Shown one piece after another: positions 27,522 to 40,912 of a DNA stretch of 64,000 bases. The first letter of the stretch is position 1, and the number at the start of each line of letters is the position of its first letter. Made by a program: the position numbers and the translations under genes. The notes below the pieces were generated by a model that was given only the letters and a program-made list of their open reading frames with translations, did no database searches and was not told where the DNA came from. Where the stretch lies: positions 124,001-188,000 of the forward strand of contig NIVC01000312.1 of NCBI GenBank assembly GCA_002269645.1, read 5' to 3'. Origin of the DNA: Macrostomum lignano. Lineage: Eukaryota.

Positions 27522-30500
27522 TCAGCCCAGCATGCAGGCTGTGCGGCCGATTCGACAGCGCTTTCGAATTTGATTGACAGCTCGGTCGCCTGCATCGTTG
27601 GCTCTCTCCTCTTTTTCAGGTTCTTCATCCTCTCGCAACTCTCGCAGTTTGGCCAGCAGTTGGCGAAGTTGCACCGACCAATGCGGATTATTGTTGCTGT
27701 CGGGCTGCACAATCACCGCCTCGATGCTAGCTGGTGCAGCCACGCCCGCTGGGGTGTCAGGCGTGTTAGGTAGGGGTCAGAGGATGTGTCAGATAGTTAC
27801 GAATTTGTTTCTTCAGGTGTCAGATATTTGTGATTAGGTGTCAGATACTAGTAATTGGGTGTCAGATGATGTCAGTGATTGGGTGTCAGATGTCAGTGAT
27901 TGGGTGTCAGATGTCAGTGATTAGGTGTCAGATGTCAGTGATTGGGTGTCAGATACTAGTAATTGGGTGTCAGATGATGTCAGTGATTGGGTGTCAGATG
28001 TCAGTGATTAGGTGTCAGATGTCAGTGATTAGGTGTCAGATGTCAGTGATTGGGTGTCAGATGTCAGTGATTGGGTGTCAGATATCAGTGATTGGGTGTC
28101 AGATGTCAGTGATTAGGTGTCAGATGTCAGTGATTGGGTGTCAGATGTCAGTGATTAGGTGTCAGATGTCAGTGATTGGGTGTCAGATGTCAGTGATTGG
28201 GTGTCAGATGTCAGTGATTAGGTGTCAGATGTCAGTGATTGGGTGTCAGATATCAGTGATTGGGTGTCAGATATCAGTGATTGAGTGTCAGATATCAGTG
28301 ATTGGGTGTCAGATATCAGTGATTGGTTGTCAGATGTCAGTGATTGGGTGTCAGATATCAGTGATTGGGTGTCAGATGTCAGTGATTGGGTGTCAGATGT
28401 CAGTGATTGGGTGTCAGATGTCAGTGATCGGGTGTCAGATGTCAGTGATCGGGTGTCAGATATCAGTGATCGGGTGTCAGATGTCAGTGATCGGGTGTCA
28501 GATGTCAGTGATCGGGTGTCAGATGTCAGTGATCGGGTGTCAGATGTCAGTGATCGGGTGTCAGATGTCAGTGATTGGGTGTCAGATGTCAGTGGTGAAT
28601 AATGAGTCACACATTAATAGCTGAGGTGTCAGATATGATAAATCCAGTGACAGATATAAGAGATTAAGCTACATTAGTCGAACAGATGGCTCAAACGCTG
28701 CATAGTCTGCAGTCCCAGTTTTAGGCTAGCTCGCACGCGCAAATCAGAGTCAGTGAAAATGATTTTGTGAACTTTCTTTTCAAACATAACGTAGCGAAAC
28801 GTCCTACAAAGTGATGTTGTACAGCCAGTCCTTGAGACATATTTTTTCAAATTTCCCTGGGTAAAAAGGGGAAGAGGGATAAGGAGGATCAATGGCCGAT
28901 AAGGCTCCCGATCTCTCCCGGAAGCTGAATGCTTTTGTCCTTCGCTGGACTTCATGCTATTAGATTGCTTGCGGAATTGTTAATGACAGTCGGTTTGGCG
29001 TGCAGAGGACCGCAACTCTGATACGGCTGCACGGATACAGCAGTTAATATGCTGCGAACGCAAAGTTAGACAGCTTCGTAATTGAGGTTGGAATGAATTC
29101 TAGTGCTGCAGTGGAGTTGGAGAGATTTAGCATGCATAAATTGAAGTGAGAAAGGACTGGAGTTGAGAGGAATTGAGAGATGAGAGGATAGAGAGATTGG
29201 AGGGAGAGATAAAGTCAAATTTTAAAGGACATAGAGTATGGCAGACAATTGGAAGCAAGACAGACAGACAGAAAGGAAAGTAGACGGGCAGAAAGGAAGG
29301 AGACAGAAGAAGGCAAGACAGGGTGGCAGACAGCAAGGGAGACAGGAAGGCAGACAGCAATGGAGACAGAAAGGCAGGCAGCAAGGGAGACAGGAAGGCA
29401 GACAGCAATGGAGACAGGAAGGCAGGCAGCGATGGAGACAGGAAGGCAGGCAGCAATGGAGACAGGAAGGCAGACAGCAATGGAGACAGGAAGGCAGACA
29501 GCATGGGAGACAGGAAGGCAGACAGCAATGGAGACAGGAAGGCAGACAGCATGGGAATCATGGGAAACAGGAAGGCAGACAGCAATGGAGACAGGAAGGC
29601 AGGCAGCAATGGAGACAGGAAGGCAGACAGCATGGGAGACAGGAAGGCAGACAGCAATGGAGACAGGAAGGCAGACAGCAATGGAGACAGGAAGGCAAGA
29701 CATCAATGGAGACAGGAAGGCAGGCAGCAATGGAGACAGGAAGGCAGACAGCAATGGAGACAGGAAGGCAGGCAGCAATGGAGACAGGAAGGCAGACAGC
29801 AATGGAGACAGGAAGGCAAGACAGCAATGGAGACAGGAAGGCAGGCAGCAATGGAGACAGGAAGGCAGACAGCAATGGAGACAGGAAGGCAGACAGCAAG
29901 GGAGACAGGAAGGTAGACAGCATGGGAGACAGGAAGGCAGACAGCAATGGAGACAGGAAGGCAAGACATCAATGGAGACAGGAAGGCAGGCAGCAATGGA
30001 GACAGGAAGGCAGACAGCAATGGAGACAGGAAGGCAGGCAGCAATGGAGACAGGAAGGCAGACAGCAATGGAGACAGGAAGGCAAGACAGCAATGGAGAC
30101 AGGAAGGCAGGCAGCAATGGAGACAGGAAGGCAGACAGCATGGGAGACAGGAAGGCAGACAGCAAGGGAGACAGGAAGGCAGACAGCAATGGAGACAGGA
30201 AGGCAAGACAGCAATGGAGACAGGAAGGCAGGCAGCAATGGAGACAGGAAGGCAGACAGCAATGGAGACAGGAAGGCAGACAGCAAGGGAGACAGGAAGG
30301 TAGACAGCATGGGAGACAGGAAGGCAGACAGCAAGGGAAACAGGAAGGCAGACTGGAAGAGACACTACAAAATGGTAAGCAGAGGTACAATCTGTGAGGC
30401 TGATTTTTAAAGATAATGGGAATAATCAGTGAGACTGACAGCAAAGATCTCGTGGCGATCAGCTGCCTCACCAATCAAAAGCATGACCTCGAAACAGACT

Positions 30501-30706
30501 TGGCATTATTCGAAAAAAAGGCAAAAAGGAAATCAAGGCTTGAATTGAACGCAAGAGATCAATAGATAAATATTGCGATGAGGTCAACTGTGAGTGAGCA
30601 CGCAAAATGATGTTTTACCTGCCAATTGAGGATAGGCCCAGCAGACACTGCTGAGCAGAGCTGACACACACATAATTGTTGCTAAGGCGAAGCTGTTGGC
30701 AGCCAT
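27522..30706 (-). CDS. Neuropeptide precursor, 2 coding exons (30706-30619, 27748-27522), 104 aa: signal peptide, acidic propeptide, then KR-CRIGRTACML-G-stop
   Basis: Exon 1 MAANSFALATIMCVSALLSSVCWAYPQLA|gtaaaa is hydrophobic with a small-residue cleavage site. A phase-1 intron joins it in frame to ccccag|CG. Dibasic site, two Cys and a terminal Gly. Confidence 0.78.
27815..28600. repeat. 21-bp minisatellite GTCAGATGTCAGTGATTGGGT in the neuropeptide-gene intron
   Basis: Directly visible. Confidence 0.96.
29320..30355. repeat. 23/24-bp minisatellite GACAGGAAGGCAGACAGCAATGGA in the neuropeptide-gene intron
   Basis: Directly visible; source of the ETGRQ/QWRQEGR ORFs. Confidence 0.96.
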
Positions 30707-31158
30707 GACCTCAAAACTATGCCAGTAAGTGACTGCAGACAGTGGGTGTTGACTCGCCTAGCAACGAGTCGGTTAAATAGCTTGCCCCCGGAGCAGCTGG
30801 CGATTGGCCCATCTCTGCTGGGCCACCCACGCTGAAGGGGAACTGCAAGCTCTAGATTAAGAATCCACTAATCCCATTAATTAGCAAACTCTGCTGCTGC
30901 TTGCAATTCCTCTGGGCCTTGAAGGGCTTGGCAACAAATTCTTTTTGACCGATTTTGAGCACGAATTCTTGCCATTCAAGCTTTTTAATTAGTTCCAAAT
31001 TCTTGAAAACATGCGTGCGACAAGCGGATGTTTGGTCCGTGTTTTGCATCCTTGATTAGCATTGTCTGGCTGCGGAAGGTCTGTTGATGGTCGTGACATT
31101 GACGGCAATGGCTGGGTAATTTGTCAAGATGAAATTGTAACTAGTTACTAATTGTTAC

Positions 31159-32935
<1,777 letters not shown>

Positions 32936-34346
32936 TAGATATATCGTACTTGTTCTATTGTTGCTCTGTTGCAATTTCTGCAACAAGCGGATTATCTTCA
33001 GCGCTGCAATTAGATTAACGGGAAAAATAAAATCGAAATAAACAGTCAGCTTGTGACTCCTGAATATTATCCAGTCAAATTTAATTACGTTTCTAAGCAC
33101 TTGACCAAAAGGCAAAACTGCAGTATAATAAATAAAATTTAAAACAAAGAACTGAGCTGAGGTCCTCAGTCGATAAGTGATTCTGATGGCGGTTGCAATG
33201 TCCCCAATTAAACGGGCTTCGTGCTTTTAGCTGCTGGGCTGCCATTTCAATTCGTTTCTTAGTTCCCGTGTGCGTGAGGCCCCCTCCCCCCCCCGCTGTT
33301 TGCTGCTGTCCTGCTTGTCCTTCCCATTAAAATTGGGAAATGCCTGCTTTGCCTGTCCCCTTGGATTTCGCCCTGCTTAGCCAGTCCGTCAGCCCGAACT
33401 GCCTATGCATTATCGTCGCGAGAGAGCGTCTCCCAGCCATGGCAGGAGCAGAAACTTATTTCAAAGTGAAGTCTCACCCACGCATGCTAGAGGCAACAAC
33501 TTAGCAACTCTTGGCATTTTTGGGGTTGGCTCAAGGCGATTTTAAACTAGAATTCTGGAGTCATTCTTTGTACACTACGTGTTTGTATTTTTTTGAGAAG
33601 TCGAGCATTCAGTGTAAGACACGGCCAATCATATTCAACGGCCATATGCTTCAACAATTGTCTATGGCCAAAACCATGAATGGGTGCAGGTATCGTCTGG
33701 TGAACTCTCCAGCTCTCTCCAGTGCCCATGTGCCATAGATCATTATATTAGACGGTGTTTTGACCATAGACGAAAGCAGAAACAGAAGCTACAGACATCT
33801 TTCAGGGGAAAAGAACTTTCCGAATGCCAGTAGAAATTGTAAAACTTTTTTCTATTGTGATTTAAAAGTAAATTCAGAACATGTTTAGGCTTCTAAGCTC
33901 ATATTCATGTTTATACAGTGCAATTATCTATATTTTGTACATAGAGCCTAGGAATTTTCATTATTACTAGCAGGCAAATTCCGTGTGGTAAGTATCGTAG
34001 AGACCCACCCTAATTATTAGCCTTCTTTTAAGTTACTAATTTTGCATTAACCAGCTCACAAGTCAGGGCTAAGAGTATCTATAACGCATCGGGGAATGAA
34101 GTTGACAAGCCAGGTCTCCTATTAGTTGAAGATCGCCTTGGATTATTTCTCTGCACCGTCTTTTTGGAGTTGGTTTGGAGGTGGAGGCAGTCAGTGGACA
34201 GCTGAAACTGAAACTGTGTGCAGAGTTGGATCGCCCTAATAAATTAGCTCAACAAACGACTACTTAGCTTACTTCAGAGAGGCTTCTGTGACCCAGCCAG
34301 CAACTACTTGAAGCTACTTGGGGAGAAAATTTAGCCTTCGTAAACA

Positions 34347-36307
34347 ATGCAGCAAGCTGTACGCATCCGCCTGTTGGAATGCGGCGTCTGCTTAGATGAG
34401 ATACAGGAGCCGCGAGCTCTCGACTGTTTGCACAGCTTTTGCCTGCGCTGTCTCCGAGGCCTACCCGGGGCTGACCAGGCCCGACTGTCATGTCCGCATT
34501 GTCGGCGTGTGACACGGAAACAGCCGGGAGAGCTGGAGAAAGACTTTCGCATTGAACAGGTGAACGAATTGTACTGTTTAACTTGGCTAGTGACTGCTTG
34601 ATCGGATTATAAAGGTCCATCTCTCACATGGAGCAGTAAGATGATGCAATGCTTCAGATAGATTGCTTTGACTATTGCTGTAGTTTACCTTAGGGTTCGT
34701 TATAAACGAGGTTGAAACGCTCTGCAGACCGCTCGCCAAGAATGTCTATGGCCGAAAGACCATTGAGTTTCGCTGAAGCGAGGTTGAAACGCAGGGCAGA
34801 CCGCTCGCCAAGAATGTCTATGGCCGAAAGACCATTGAGTTTCGCTGAAGCGAGGTTGAAACGCACGGCAGACCGCTTGCTAAGAATGTCTATGGCCAAA
34901 AGACCATTGAGTTTCGCTGAAGCGAGGTTGAAACGCACTGCAGACCACTCGCCAAGAATGTCTATGGCCAAAAGACCATTGAGTTTCGCTGAAGCGAGGT
35001 TGAAACGCACGGCAGACCGCTTGCTAAGAATGTCTATGGCCAAAAGACCATTGAGTTTCGCTGAAGCGAGGTTGAAACGCACTGCAGACCACTCGCTAAG
35101 AATTTCTATGGCCGAAAGACCATTGAGTTTCGCTGAAACGAGGTTGAAACGCACGGCAGACCGCTTGCTAAGAATTTCTATGGCCGAAAGACCTTTGAGT
35201 TTCGCTGAAGCGAGGTTGAAAGAGGCAGTTTCTCCTACTTTTGTAGCTACGAGCTTGTATTTCTATTTGTCAAAGCCTCTTTGGCTACATGTAGCGGATA
35301 CAGCAGCAGTCGCAGTTGCAACTGGGAGAGGTGCTCGGCTGATATCAAAGAAACCACCTATTTCAATGACGTTGACTTTCCCAAAATAACTCTCAACAAC
35401 GCCCAGAAAATGTTGAGTGACTTAAAGCAATGGTTGCTGTTACGGTTCTTATTAACGCCGTTAATGTTGTTTTCATTTAGCTTATGTTGTTGTTTCTGAT
35501 CTTTGTTAACTGTTGTTGTAGTTGCGTTTCTGTTTTTGTTATTGTTGTTGCCACTGTTGTTGCTTTGTTTACTGTTTTTTTACTTCTGTTGTTCTTGGTG
35601 AAACAAAAGCGTTGAATTGATTTTTAGTTACTTCTCCTTCGTAGGTGCGCGAGATGAAGCCGCTGGTTGTCCGCGGCCTCGAGCAGCTCAGCGCCGAGGC
35701 CACCACCCGGTCCAGCGAGATTCTGGCCAGCCTCATCGAGGAGGGCCACCTCAGCGGCGTCATCGCCGAGTGCGACCGTCAGTTGGCGCTCCTAGACGAC
35801 GACGAGATGGAATTCGACGCGGCATTTCGGCGCCACATGCGGCGCCTGGAACTGGCTGCCAGGCGGCACAGAGCCGACCTCACGTCGCAGATCGATCGGC
35901 GACGTCGACAGCTCCTAGCTAGGCGTCGATGGGCCGCCGAGACGCTGGATTCCAGAGCCGCGGCCGCCGAGGTGTTGGACAGGGTTCGACGAGGCGAGCA
36001 CGACTTGGTAGCTGGCCTGCTGCACCGCCTTCGGCCCGCCGTCGGGTCGGCCGGGGCGGCGCCGCCGCTAACGGAGCCGCGGCTGCCTGCCGGCGACGAG
36101 GGCCTCCGACGGCTCCGGCGCCTGCTGACCGAAGCTGCCTGTCGGCTGCTGGCCGACGATACCGAAGATGATGGCGACATTGCCAGCGGCGATGAGAGTC
36201 GAATCGATGACGAGGAGAGGAGTCTGGAGGCTGCGCAAGCCGCCTCCGCCAAATGGGGCAAGCTAGCCGCGGTGTCAAAGAAGGGCAGAGCGGACTTTGA
36301 CGAGTGA
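34347..36307 (+). CDS. C3HC4 RING plus coiled-coil protein (TRIM-like, no B-box seen), 2 exons (34347-34559, 35645-36307), about 291 aa
   Basis: CGVC-x11-CLHSFCLRC-x13-CPHC; phase-0 intron CAG|gtgaac...cgtag|GTG; helical E/R/L/A-rich second exon. Confidence 0.82.
34700..35222. repeat. 72-bp tandem repeat (about 7 units) in the RING-gene intron
   Basis: The 24-aa periodicity of both overlapping ORFs equals 72 bp. Confidence 0.95.
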
Positions 36308-38347
36308 TGAAGTAATTCATTCAGGCACTTTGGGGATAATATACTCTTAAATAATTAACCAGCAAGTATTCAAGGTTCAGTGTGTACTTTAACATCTCTT
36401 CAATTGCCTCTAGTTAGCAGTGAGCTGAGCTATCTCTAGTGTCTGTCACAAAGAGGACTTAAACAGAAAGACGGTTAATTGGGACCCTTAGTTTCTAAGA
36501 AAATATTTGAAGGCTGGTTTTACACGCAAAAAGTTATCATTATAGAAAAATCAACTTTTAAACAAACTCATGATCAAATGCTTGCATATTTCTGGGAGAG
36601 CGGCCACATAGTAGCACAGCAACCATGATGTAGGCTGTTTACCTTGGATACCAAATTCGGCTTGATTCTTTAAGATCAGTGAAATCCTAAGGCTGTCTGA
36701 AGCTGTCTAAACTTTAAACACCTCCAATGAGCTTGCGACGATATTGCCTACTAAGAATTTCTATGGGCAAAAGACTGTTTTGATTAAATTCAGAGTCACC
36801 GAGACTGTCTACGGTACATGCTATCCGATCACTTGGGCGCACACTAGCTAATATGAATCGGGTTGCTCTGCAGAAATGAGCTCTTACGAATTGACAACCA
36901 GGATACAATTACAGCCTGAAGTATCGTAATAATCTTTTACTGTTAAGTTTTGTTAATATTGAGCATGTACACTGTACATGTATATTGTTCATATCGTAGC
37001 GTTTGCAGACATTTTTTGTCATGTTTCATGTTTGGAGTCGAACGACAAATCTAACAACTCTTCTCCCCTCTATTTCGGGGCTGCAAAAGCTTTTAAAAAT
37101 CGGATTATAAACTGCTTTGTTTTAATAATGCACTTCAATTCATTTAAGCTACGCTTTACGAGTATTAGCCATATATGGCAATAGCAGTGCAATATTCAAA
37201 TCCATCTTCCGGGTGAGCAGATATTTCAGTAATGTAGCCAACAAAAAGCCGTCTCCGGGTTAACATCTCGCTCTCACACAGGTGCACGCAATTCCTGGAA
37301 GCTGTCTAGGAAGAATTCGCCAATAAAAACCGTTCTGTCGAATGAAAATCTCCAAGACAAAGGCTTTATCCATATAAGGCAGCGTATACGCATCGTTGTT
37401 TTTCTAATTGCTTTTTCAAGCCTTTTCATTTTTTATCACCCCAAAAATGCACTTAAACCGATCGGCACCGCGCTGCATAGAACAATGCTGGACTACCTGT
37501 CAACTAAAAAACGCCATGATGAGAATTCCTTTCAGTTTTCGATAAGAACTCACGAGTGCAGGCTACATTTGAACGTTTTGAATTGGTGCGCCTGTCAAGT
37601 ATTTTTGTTTAATTGAAATCTTCATCTTCAGCTTAACAAAATTATAAGAACAGTGAGTTGCAGTTTTAGTTCTGCTATTAACACTGCCATTGCTACTGCA
37701 CTAAGCAATTTAGTTTATTTTTAATGTAGCTTTTAAAGTATAATTAAGTTTAAGAATATTCTCTTAATTGCAGAATTAAAGGACAACGTAGGTTACCTAC
37801 GATCGTGAAAGGATGAGATCAGGAAACATTTAATATGTTACTGATGATAAATGATTCTAGCATCATCTTACCTTGAAGTAACTGTCTAATTTTAGGTTGT
37901 AATACTTGAAGTACATGTGTATATTAGCAGTGCTTTGGAATCGAATATTAAAATTCAATTAAATAGGGCATCTCTATATGAATTCAATCTGAAAAGTTAA
38001 TAAATTATTCATAAAGTTACGATTAAAAAACGATACAATAACAATAATTACATAATATTCAATATTTAGGTGATGCTAAATAGTCTTTTTTAGTAGACAA
38101 TACAATATGCAATAAAAAATGTGTTTTATGTTAGTTTTTATGAAATAATGCTAAACTATAAAATATTGGCCACAGCCGAGGTCAGTTTGATTTAAACCCA
38201 TAATGTAAAAAGCTAAGCACACTGGCTATTTAATGGCGAAAAATATCCCCTTTTACTATGAAACAAATTTTGCAATCATGCGTGGATAAAATTTATCACA
38301 AAATATATAATTTCATGATTTTCACTCTTTGTAAAAGCAAATTTCCA

Positions 38348-39900
38348 CTACACACTACTATTAGCAGAGCTGTCGGCAGTAGTAGCGGCGGTTGTAACGC
38401 TGGAAGCGGTGATTTTGCTGGTTGCAGTGGTGCAGACGCACTCCGTGGGCCCGCTGGACAGCACAGCCTCGTAGAAGACCCACAGGAGAAAAGCCAGGCC
38501 CAGGATTAGTGCTAAGCAGACAAGGGCAGCACGATAGCGTTTAACCAGGTGTAAAAACTGATTACCCCGGTTGCTAGGCCGGGGCAGTTGTCCCGCAGAA
38601 ACGGATTCTTCTCCTAGTAGCAGCTCAACGTCCCCGTCGTCTGCGCTTGTTGTGCTATTGTTGATCCTCAACTGATGCGGCGGCTGACCTGATGAAGAAG
38701 CCGGAGGCTGCACCTCAGACTCGATAGAGGCGAGTAGAGCTCTTGTATTGCTGATGAACAATCGGCGATTGTCTGTTACGGAAGCTGACTGTTGGGAGCC
38801 CGGCGGCTGGTGCTGCAGCATCGAGCGCAGCGTCTCGTGCAGATCGTTCAGCTCCCAGGTCAGACTCTTCAGACTGCGAACCAGCTCGTCTGGGGATTTT
38901 TTAACAAACGGTGGAGAAAAAATTTACTGGAGGGGGCCGGGGGGCGTTGAGAGTGAACTAGCGCATTTGCAAGTTAAGCGCAGCTGGATGCGGTTAGTAC
39001 AGTAACGATGTACGCAGCTACTCGCATCAACCCCTTTAGTTTACCAGGTACTACCTACCGACCGATAGGCAGGTGCCTAAGAGACAGACAATTGTCTCTT
39101 AATCTGTCTAGCATTATTTGCATCTACTGCAACAGACAAGGGGCAACCAACCTCAAGACAGAGGAGTGGCTGGCCTTCTCAGGTCATTGCTGTTTTTCAA
39201 GGCATCGCTATCTCCAGAAAAAAAATTCTGCTGGAATGCCCATTCTGCCTCTCCGGTGTCGAGAATGGAGAGCACTTCATCTGTGAATGTTCAGGACAGG
39301 CTCATCTACCTCGACCGAAACCCGGACCTCTCCGCTCCGACGGAGAACTTACGAGCTGGCGGAAGTTCTCGGTTCCGCCAGCTCGTAAACCGTAAGGGCT
39401 ACCGGGCGAGCGACCATCCACCTCCTGGACTCTCCGGAGGGGGACCGCGCTGCAGACACCGGACAGCAACCGGATCTCCCTGCGCGACACCGCAGCACTA
39501 GCTGCCCGTGGTCGCCAGCTGGGTTAGCGGAATGGGCATTCAGGTGCCCGGAGCCCTGCAGCTAAAAGTCAAGTCAGCTAACCTAAACTATAACTTTGCG
39601 TACGTCGTCACGGGTTACCCAGTGCAAATTGCGGCAACAACCGGCCTGGGCCAAAATGTCATCAACCTTCGCAGCAGGTCCATTGGCAGGCAATAGTTTC
39701 CAACGCTTACCTGTAAGCCATCTGAACTCGTCCTGCAGCAAATCAGCTGGAACCGCGTCCGCCGCCCTGTGGCCGTCTCCATGCTCATGAGAATCAGCAG
39801 ATTTAAGCGCTCTCCATCGATCGAAGCTTCTCTGCAACGCTTTGAGCTTCTCCTCCAGAGCCTGCTGGTCTACAGAAAATGGGTCAGTTTCTTGGTCCAT
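38348..39900 (-). CDS. Syntaxin-6/10 N-terminal-domain membrane protein, 2 exons (39900-39711, 38889-38348), about 243 aa
   Basis: DPFSV..FDRW..EFRWLT/DELVRSLKSLTWELNDLHETL..RRLFISNTRALL resembles the Syntaxin-6_N helical bundle (DPF..[27 protein letters not shown]). TM AALVCLALILGLAFLLWVFY; phase-1 GT-AG intron. Confidence 0.8.
39318..39560. other. GC-rich, multi-hairpin island in the syntaxin-like intron (structured RNA or small mobile element)
   Basis: Perfect 16-bp stem 39349-39364/39373-39388 plus several shorter stems. Confidence 0.5.
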
Positions 39901-40360
39901 TCTTTTTTCTGCAGTAAATACCTTAGACCAGTAACACAGTTGGGTTAGCGTTTTATCGGCTACAGTGAGAAGCCATATATCTACGTGCATTTACAGAAAT
40001 GAAATCGAAAGGTTTATTAATCAGCCAAGTTAAACCTTATCTATCAATGATATTGTGCTAGCAGCGAGTCCATTTGTTGGTGCTCTCTACCTTGTGCTTG
40101 CAATTTCAACCGTATTTTTAAAGCACAAGCACTGTACAATCTCTGCATATTTATTAAAAATCTGCAGTCGATTTTTAGTAGTTTCACACCAGGGAGCGCG
40201 AGCGCAATTATGAACAGATTCTTACTTTTAATATTTTTCCAAGTTACAAAGGCAAAAGACTTACACGTGTAGAAACACCGAGAAGCACCTCAGAATGCCT
40301 TTTTTTCATTATCTGCATATGCTTTTCAATAATCTGCATAGATTTCATTTTTCTATGGCC

Positions 40361-40561
40361 TTACCCAGAGCCAGGCTTGCAAACCGAATTGTAAGCCATA
40401 GAGTCAGCCAAGTTGATAATTCTCATTTGGCAGCAGTAGAGTTGGTCTTGCCCATAGACATACGAGCGTAGACATCGACGGAAAAAGGCATTCCAGTTGA
40501 TAATTCGGCCATAGACATCAGCACAAAGAATAAGGATACCGGCAAGCAGCAACCTCATCAA
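40361..40561 (-). CDS. Putative small secreted cysteine peptide, 66 aa, single exon
   Basis: MMRLLLAGILILCADVYG signal-like N-terminus, a mature part with C..CC..C, and TATA-like CATAAAAAG about 35 nt upstream. Confidence 0.5.
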   Translation of the reverse strand: MMRLLLAGILILCADVYGRIINWNAFFRRCLRSYVYGQDQLYCCQMRIINLADSMAYNSVCKPGSG

Positions 40562-40872
40562 TAGACACCATGCTTAAACAGCGACTTTTATGCGACAAGA
40601 CCAAATCTATTGCTGTCAAATCTAACTTGGTTGGCTGGTACCTCGTATCGTCATTATAGTTGACATATAGACAGCATTAAACAGAAAGATTTAATGTATA
40701 AGTATGTATTTTCTTTGAATGATGAACGACTTTAAAAGTCCCACTCGTCACGGCGCATACTACACAATCTACCATTGTTGGCTAGCAGAAACGGCCCATC
40801 TTAGTCCGTTAAACGACTGCACCTTGTACGCCTAGGTCAATTATTGCGAGTTTTTGAGCAAGCCATTGAGAC

Positions 40873-40912
40873 CATGGATGAAGGAACACACAAGTGTATT
40901 CCTTCATCCATG
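40873..40912. mobile_element. 40-bp hAT-type micro-MITE (14-bp TIR, 8-bp TSD ATTGAGAC)
   Basis: CATGGATGAAGGAA...TTCCTTCATCCATG, flanked on both sides by ATTGAGAC (40865-40872, 40913-40920). Confidence 0.75.

Noticed and set aside
28674-28955. 93-aa minus-strand ORF in the neuropeptide intron
   Set aside because: No motif, and not needed for the in-frame two-exon precursor.
35779-36320. Antisense and alternate-frame ORFs over GC-rich exons (also at 41.8-42.3, 46.5-47.0, 48.9-49.2 and 62.6-63.3 kb)
   Set aside because: These are shadow ORFs of real high-GC coding sequence.
36620-36705. Possible C/D snoRNA (ATGATGT...CTGA with an ACAGC/GCTGT stem)
   Set aside because: The C box is imperfect, the site is not intronic in my models, and I recognised no rRNA guide.
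39505-39590. Telomerase RNA template (CTAACCC on the minus strand, CTAACCTAA on the plus strand)
   Set aside because: Neither covers the roughly 1.5 TTAGGG repeats a template needs.
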